Part shown: one piece after another, positions 61,087 to 64,000 of the stretch
Layout of the letters: each line of letters opens with the position of its first letter
Numbering within the stretch: position 1 is the first letter of the stretch
Assembly: GCF_052425735.1 (NCBI RefSeq)
Contig: NC_135760.1
Span: 558,001-622,000 of the forward strand
Origin: Oculina patagonica
Taxonomy: Eukaryota
Direction of reading: 5' to 3'
Length of the DNA stretch: 64,000 bases
Translations under genes and position numbers: made by a program
The notes under the pieces: generated by a model
The model's input: only the letters and a program-made list of their open reading frames with translations
What the model was told of the DNA's origin: nothing
The model's database searches: none

Positions 61087-63204
61087 ATGGTGAAGTTGCC
61101 GTCGTGGTTCAAGTCAACTGCAAATAAGGCTCGAAGTTTACGCAGGCGAGCGGTATTGTTTAGCTTGATCCTTGTAGCTGGTAAGTCTCGATTTATCACA
61201 AATTCGAAGCACTTCTTCAGATAGCTAACTTCTGTTGTTTCCCTTAAGAGCTGTCATTTTTAAGACAGACAAACGTAGTTTGTTTATGTTAAACTGCAGG
61301 CCTAGCATTTGCGATTGGCGAGTAGGAGGCATCTCTCTCTGTCTAAATTCTTACATACTATTTTTAAGCTGCCTTTAATTATCTTTCATTGTATTAAGTG
61401 TGTATTTAAGGTATAAATGTTTAACATTAAACCCTTATTTTTTTAAATTAAATATCACTTAATTCTGTATGAGCAAACACTGTAGTTAAGGCTCAAGAAA
61501 TTATTTGAGTTTGATTAAAACATAAATAATAATCCTTTTATGGTAATGTTTAAGAAATTACTAAATTGTACCGGTCGCATGTTAAAAATTATAACTCAGT
61601 TCGCAGTAAGAACTATATAATTTCCCGCCAAAATTAGTACCCCACGAAAGGGGTACAAATATAGCGCGAAATTTTGATACCGTAGAGAAATTTTACAGTT
61701 TGCAAACGAGAATAACTTGACTTTACTGGTCAAATTTTAAGACGGAATCCACTAGGAAGTCGAGTAATATTTATTAAAGTTGGACAAAAATCAATTTCCA
61801 GAATAATTTAAATCCTATTGCGTTATTTCCTACCCTTAATAAAAGGTAAAGATGTAAAAAATTATCCGTGATAACATCAACAACAATTTCTTATCAGAGT
61901 CTGAGAAAATGAATTTCAAAGTTTACAAGGTATGGGCAAAATCTCACGTGTAGCCATTTTGTAAATTCGTCTTAAGCGATTCAGTGGAATTCAGCGGAAC
62001 TTCAAAATGTGTTTTCGATGTGTGGTGTTGTTAGAAAAGATTTCTTTTGATAAGATATTTGAAGCAGTAACACAAAAGCTTGCAATCAGGTGTAAATAGT
62101 TTTGGTACATAATTTTGTCCAATAACTACTCGAAGTCCTGGCGGATTTCCTCTTAAAGCATTTACCTATACTGGAAATAGTGCAATAGGTCGATTTCAGT
62201 ATATTAAGATTCTAACTTGGCCCCAAAGCTTAATTTAACAAAAGAAATGATTTATTTTTTAACCCTTTAGAATTTTAATATATCAAAATTGGTCGAAATT
62301 TTATAAGTGCGTTGCAGAGCTGGCCGTGGGGCATGAGAATTACAAGGCAAAAGAGAACGAAAGTTTAAACTCTTGTCAAATTTGTAAGCCCGGTTTTAAC
62401 TCTATGTTTTTTTTGTGTGTGTGTAACCCAGGGATCGTTTATTACGACTTGCACCAAGATCATGGAAACGAGGACGTTCTTCTCGAAAAGCGCATGACGC
62501 GTCACGTGTTCACAGTAGAGGAGATTCTACAGTTCCCGGATGATTACCACACGAAAGGCGTGCTGTCGCTTCCTTATGGAGACATCGTGGAGCCTTTCGA
62601 GGCTTGGTACTCTAAAACTAAAAAGATGAGCAGAATTGATTACTATAACGGTAAGCTAAACCATGACATAGTTTATAAGCGTTTGTGTGGTTGTCTTTTC
62701 GGCTACTTTTTAGCTTTTAGTTATATGGAGAAGGGAGGGATAACCAGGAGAGTTGAGTAAATGCTCTCTCCCCCTCCCCCTTTTCCATGTGGCCTATTTA
62801 AAATTCTGTCCGGGTATCGGCATAAATGGGTCGAGTTTGCAGTTAGTTCTAGCGCGAACCTGATTCGACAAGTACTGCGGCTGTTCAACCTCCAATATTT
62901 CGAAATTTCAATTCGATCTGGGTAAAAGAGCTGAATGAAAACAACCACGACTGCAATCACTTTGTCATCTAAATATCTTAGTTAATTTTAACGTAACTTC
63001 ATGATTGAATTGTTTTTGATTGCCTCAGGAATGGATAGGACATTTCAACGTGAGGATCTTGGTAGGCACGGGTTTGCGTGCAAAATAGTTCCTGAATACT
63101 CTGAGGCAAAACAGAAAACATTCACAGGATGTATGCACAGGAGAGGAACAAAGAAATTTCCCATAAAAGCTCAAAGTATTATACCGGCACCGTCGTATTT
63201 TAAG
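61087..63204 (+). CDS. 26/29-kDa-type papain-family cysteine proteinase (CfaD-like), first three exons; continues beyond the window
   Basis: Exons 61087-61180, 62432-62650 and 63029-63204, in phase. FPDDYHTKGVLSLPYGDIVEPFEAWYSKTKKMSRIDYYNGMD matches the 26-kDa N-terminal domain as recalled. Confidence 0.75.
61741..62152. mobile_element. Kolobok-like MITE (TTAA TSD), inverted copy of 55856-56475
   Basis: TTAA|GACGGAATCCACTAGGAAGTCGAGTA ... TACTCGAAGTCCTGGCGGATTTCCTC|TTAA. Confidence 0.75.
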
Positions 63205-63327
63205 GTACGTAGCGGTTGCAGGTTTCTCAGTTAACGGGGACTCTTCTTTGACCTTTTAAGCTTCAGCAAACGAAGCGGAGAAAGTAGATATGGAGCACGA
63301 ATATTTAATACCGAACAGTCCATTCGA

Positions 63328-63606
63328 TAGAGGAGTTTTCAATTGAGTGTCGTAAAACCAAAACCAAACCTCTAGCCAATCACAAAGAACACAGACAATC
63401 CAGTAAACCAATCAAAACTCGAAGCAAATACATGTTGCCGGCACGAAGCGCGGAAAAACGTGCGCGAGCGCGTCATGATTGGTTTTGGTTTTACTTCTGA
63501 TTGGCTGAGAAAGTGGCGCGAGAGTTTTAAACCAGTCACTACGCGTAGTAATGCAAAACCAATGCAAACGCGAATAACTTTCGACATTCAAGTAAAAACC
63601 GCTTTA
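63328..63606. mobile_element. About 285-bp MITE family, copy 3 of 3
   Basis: Homologous to 52704-52988. Confidence 0.75.
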
Positions 63607-64000
63607 GAATAAAACTGTAATAAAGTAACTCGAGCGGCAAGGATTCTGTGTGAAGAGTTCGAGAGCACAGTACCATGCATATGCCTATGATACAAAATCT
63701 TTTTCAAAATAAATTGAAAATGTTATAACCTAAATGTGTACTGAACGACCTGAAAAACTATTGATGATGATATCAACTTGTACTTGTGACTTTGATTTCT
63801 TTTCCATATATAGTCACTACTACTCACGAAAAACATAGTCCTTCGTATCCTCCGCTTCTTGTAACAACATTTTTTATTGTTTCCCACGCGCGTATTTTAA
63901 GGAGCTAACTGATAAGCTGTTAGTCGTTACGTGGCTAAATAAACGATAATAATGATAATGACGACGATAATGTTGATGATGATGATGATGTTGATGATGA

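Overview
AT-rich, intron-containing animal genomic DNA. The repeat landscape and intronless BTB-BACK-PHR paralogs suggest a cnidarian, probably a stony coral (inference). Spliced genes were rebuilt by hand from GT-AG junctions with consistent phases. In order: 3' end of a CIB-family EF-hand gene (+), FAM166C/CIMIP2C (+, 4 exons), a GT14 core-2/I-branching GlcNAc-transferase (-, 2 exons) head-to-head with VPS28 (+, 10 exons), SPO11 (-, 14 exons) tail-to-tail with VPS28, a carbohydrate sulfotransferase (-), two intronless BTB-BACK-PHR genes (+, the second frameshifted) and the 5' exons of a 26/29-kDa-type cysteine proteinase (+). The standout is a 13.2-kb foldback-type element (23691-36887) in SPO11 intron 6. 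It has GG termini, a 61-bp terminal inverted repeat, an exact 8-bp target-site duplication and two inverted arms (2.4 and 4.3 kb) of an 18-bp variant minisatellite. Its middle holds nested TEs and no recognisable transposase, and it is inserted in a HINE/DINE-1-like element. Also present are three minimal hammerhead-ribozyme-like motifs (one with U3-A8 covariation at the end of a Penelope-like remnant) and many MITEs/SINEs.
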